Source of the DNA: Chiloscyllium plagiosum
Lineage: Eukaryota
NCBI RefSeq assembly: GCF_004010195.1
Contig: NC_057717.1
Location: 96,930,896-96,994,895 of the forward strand
Direction of reading: 5' to 3'
DNA length: 64,000 nucleotides
Program-made: the position numbers and the translations under genes
Notes under the pieces: generated by a model
The model's input: the letters and a program-made list of their open reading frames with translations, nothing else
What the model was told of the DNA's origin: nothing
The model's database searches: none
Shown: positions 63,701-64,000 of the stretch, piece after piece
Layout: every line of letters begins with the position of its first letter
Numbering within the stretch: position 1 is the stretch's first letter

Positions 63701-64000
63701 TCTTCAATTGTTTAATTGTATTCTGGCTCTTTAATTATTGTAACTCACGCCACGTCCAATGAATCAGCTCCTCGTCCTGGCCAAAAGGTGCTTTTTGGAT
63801 CTTCTGGAGCTTTATTTCTGCAGTTTAAGGTTTTAATGCTAATGAAAGGAGTCAACTACAACAGTTTTACAACATGAAGGCTTAAAGTCCAGGAAAGGGC
63901 GAGGTACTGCCTCCAATTAAAACCAAATATTCTCACCTTTGTTTGAGAAAGGGAAAATGGCAAAACTCAATCCACACTTTATGACCCGAACGTTAAGGTC
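60720..64000 (-). other. Probable 3' UTR and last exons of an unidentified minus-strand gene entering from the right
   Basis: About 3 kb free of transposons in a TE-dense window. U-rich on the minus strand, ATTAAA near 60740 and 62000, several acceptor/donor-like sites at 62737-63937. No recognisable protein. Confidence 0.4.

Overview
Eukaryotic, repeat-rich vertebrate DNA. The repeat content (HE1-type tRNA SINEs, CR1 LINEs, Deu-domain SINEs, Penelope-like elements) points to a cartilaginous fish, probably a shark. Three minus-strand genes can be rebuilt exon by exon from splice sites and reading phases. (1) XAB2/SYF1 exons 1-3 with a CCAAT-rich promoter (584-3550). (2) PCP2/L7, a two-GoLoco protein spread over about 24 kb (about 9950-34114). 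(3) A complete 5-exon, 354-aa trypsin-fold pseudoprotease of the PRSS54/PRSS55 type (45304-56980): catalytic Ser replaced by Tyr, no activation motif, basic stalk and hydrophobic C-terminal tail. The last 3 kb look like the 3' end of another, unidentified minus-strand transcript. The strongest non-genic signal is at least four families of Penelope-derived sequences ending in minimal hammerhead-ribozyme cores. They occur both as long RT/GIY-YIG copies and as 150-400 bp palindromic mini-insertions with 12-18 bp target-site duplications. Two N-gaps lie inside CR1 copies. Repeat boundaries are approximate and were read by eye.
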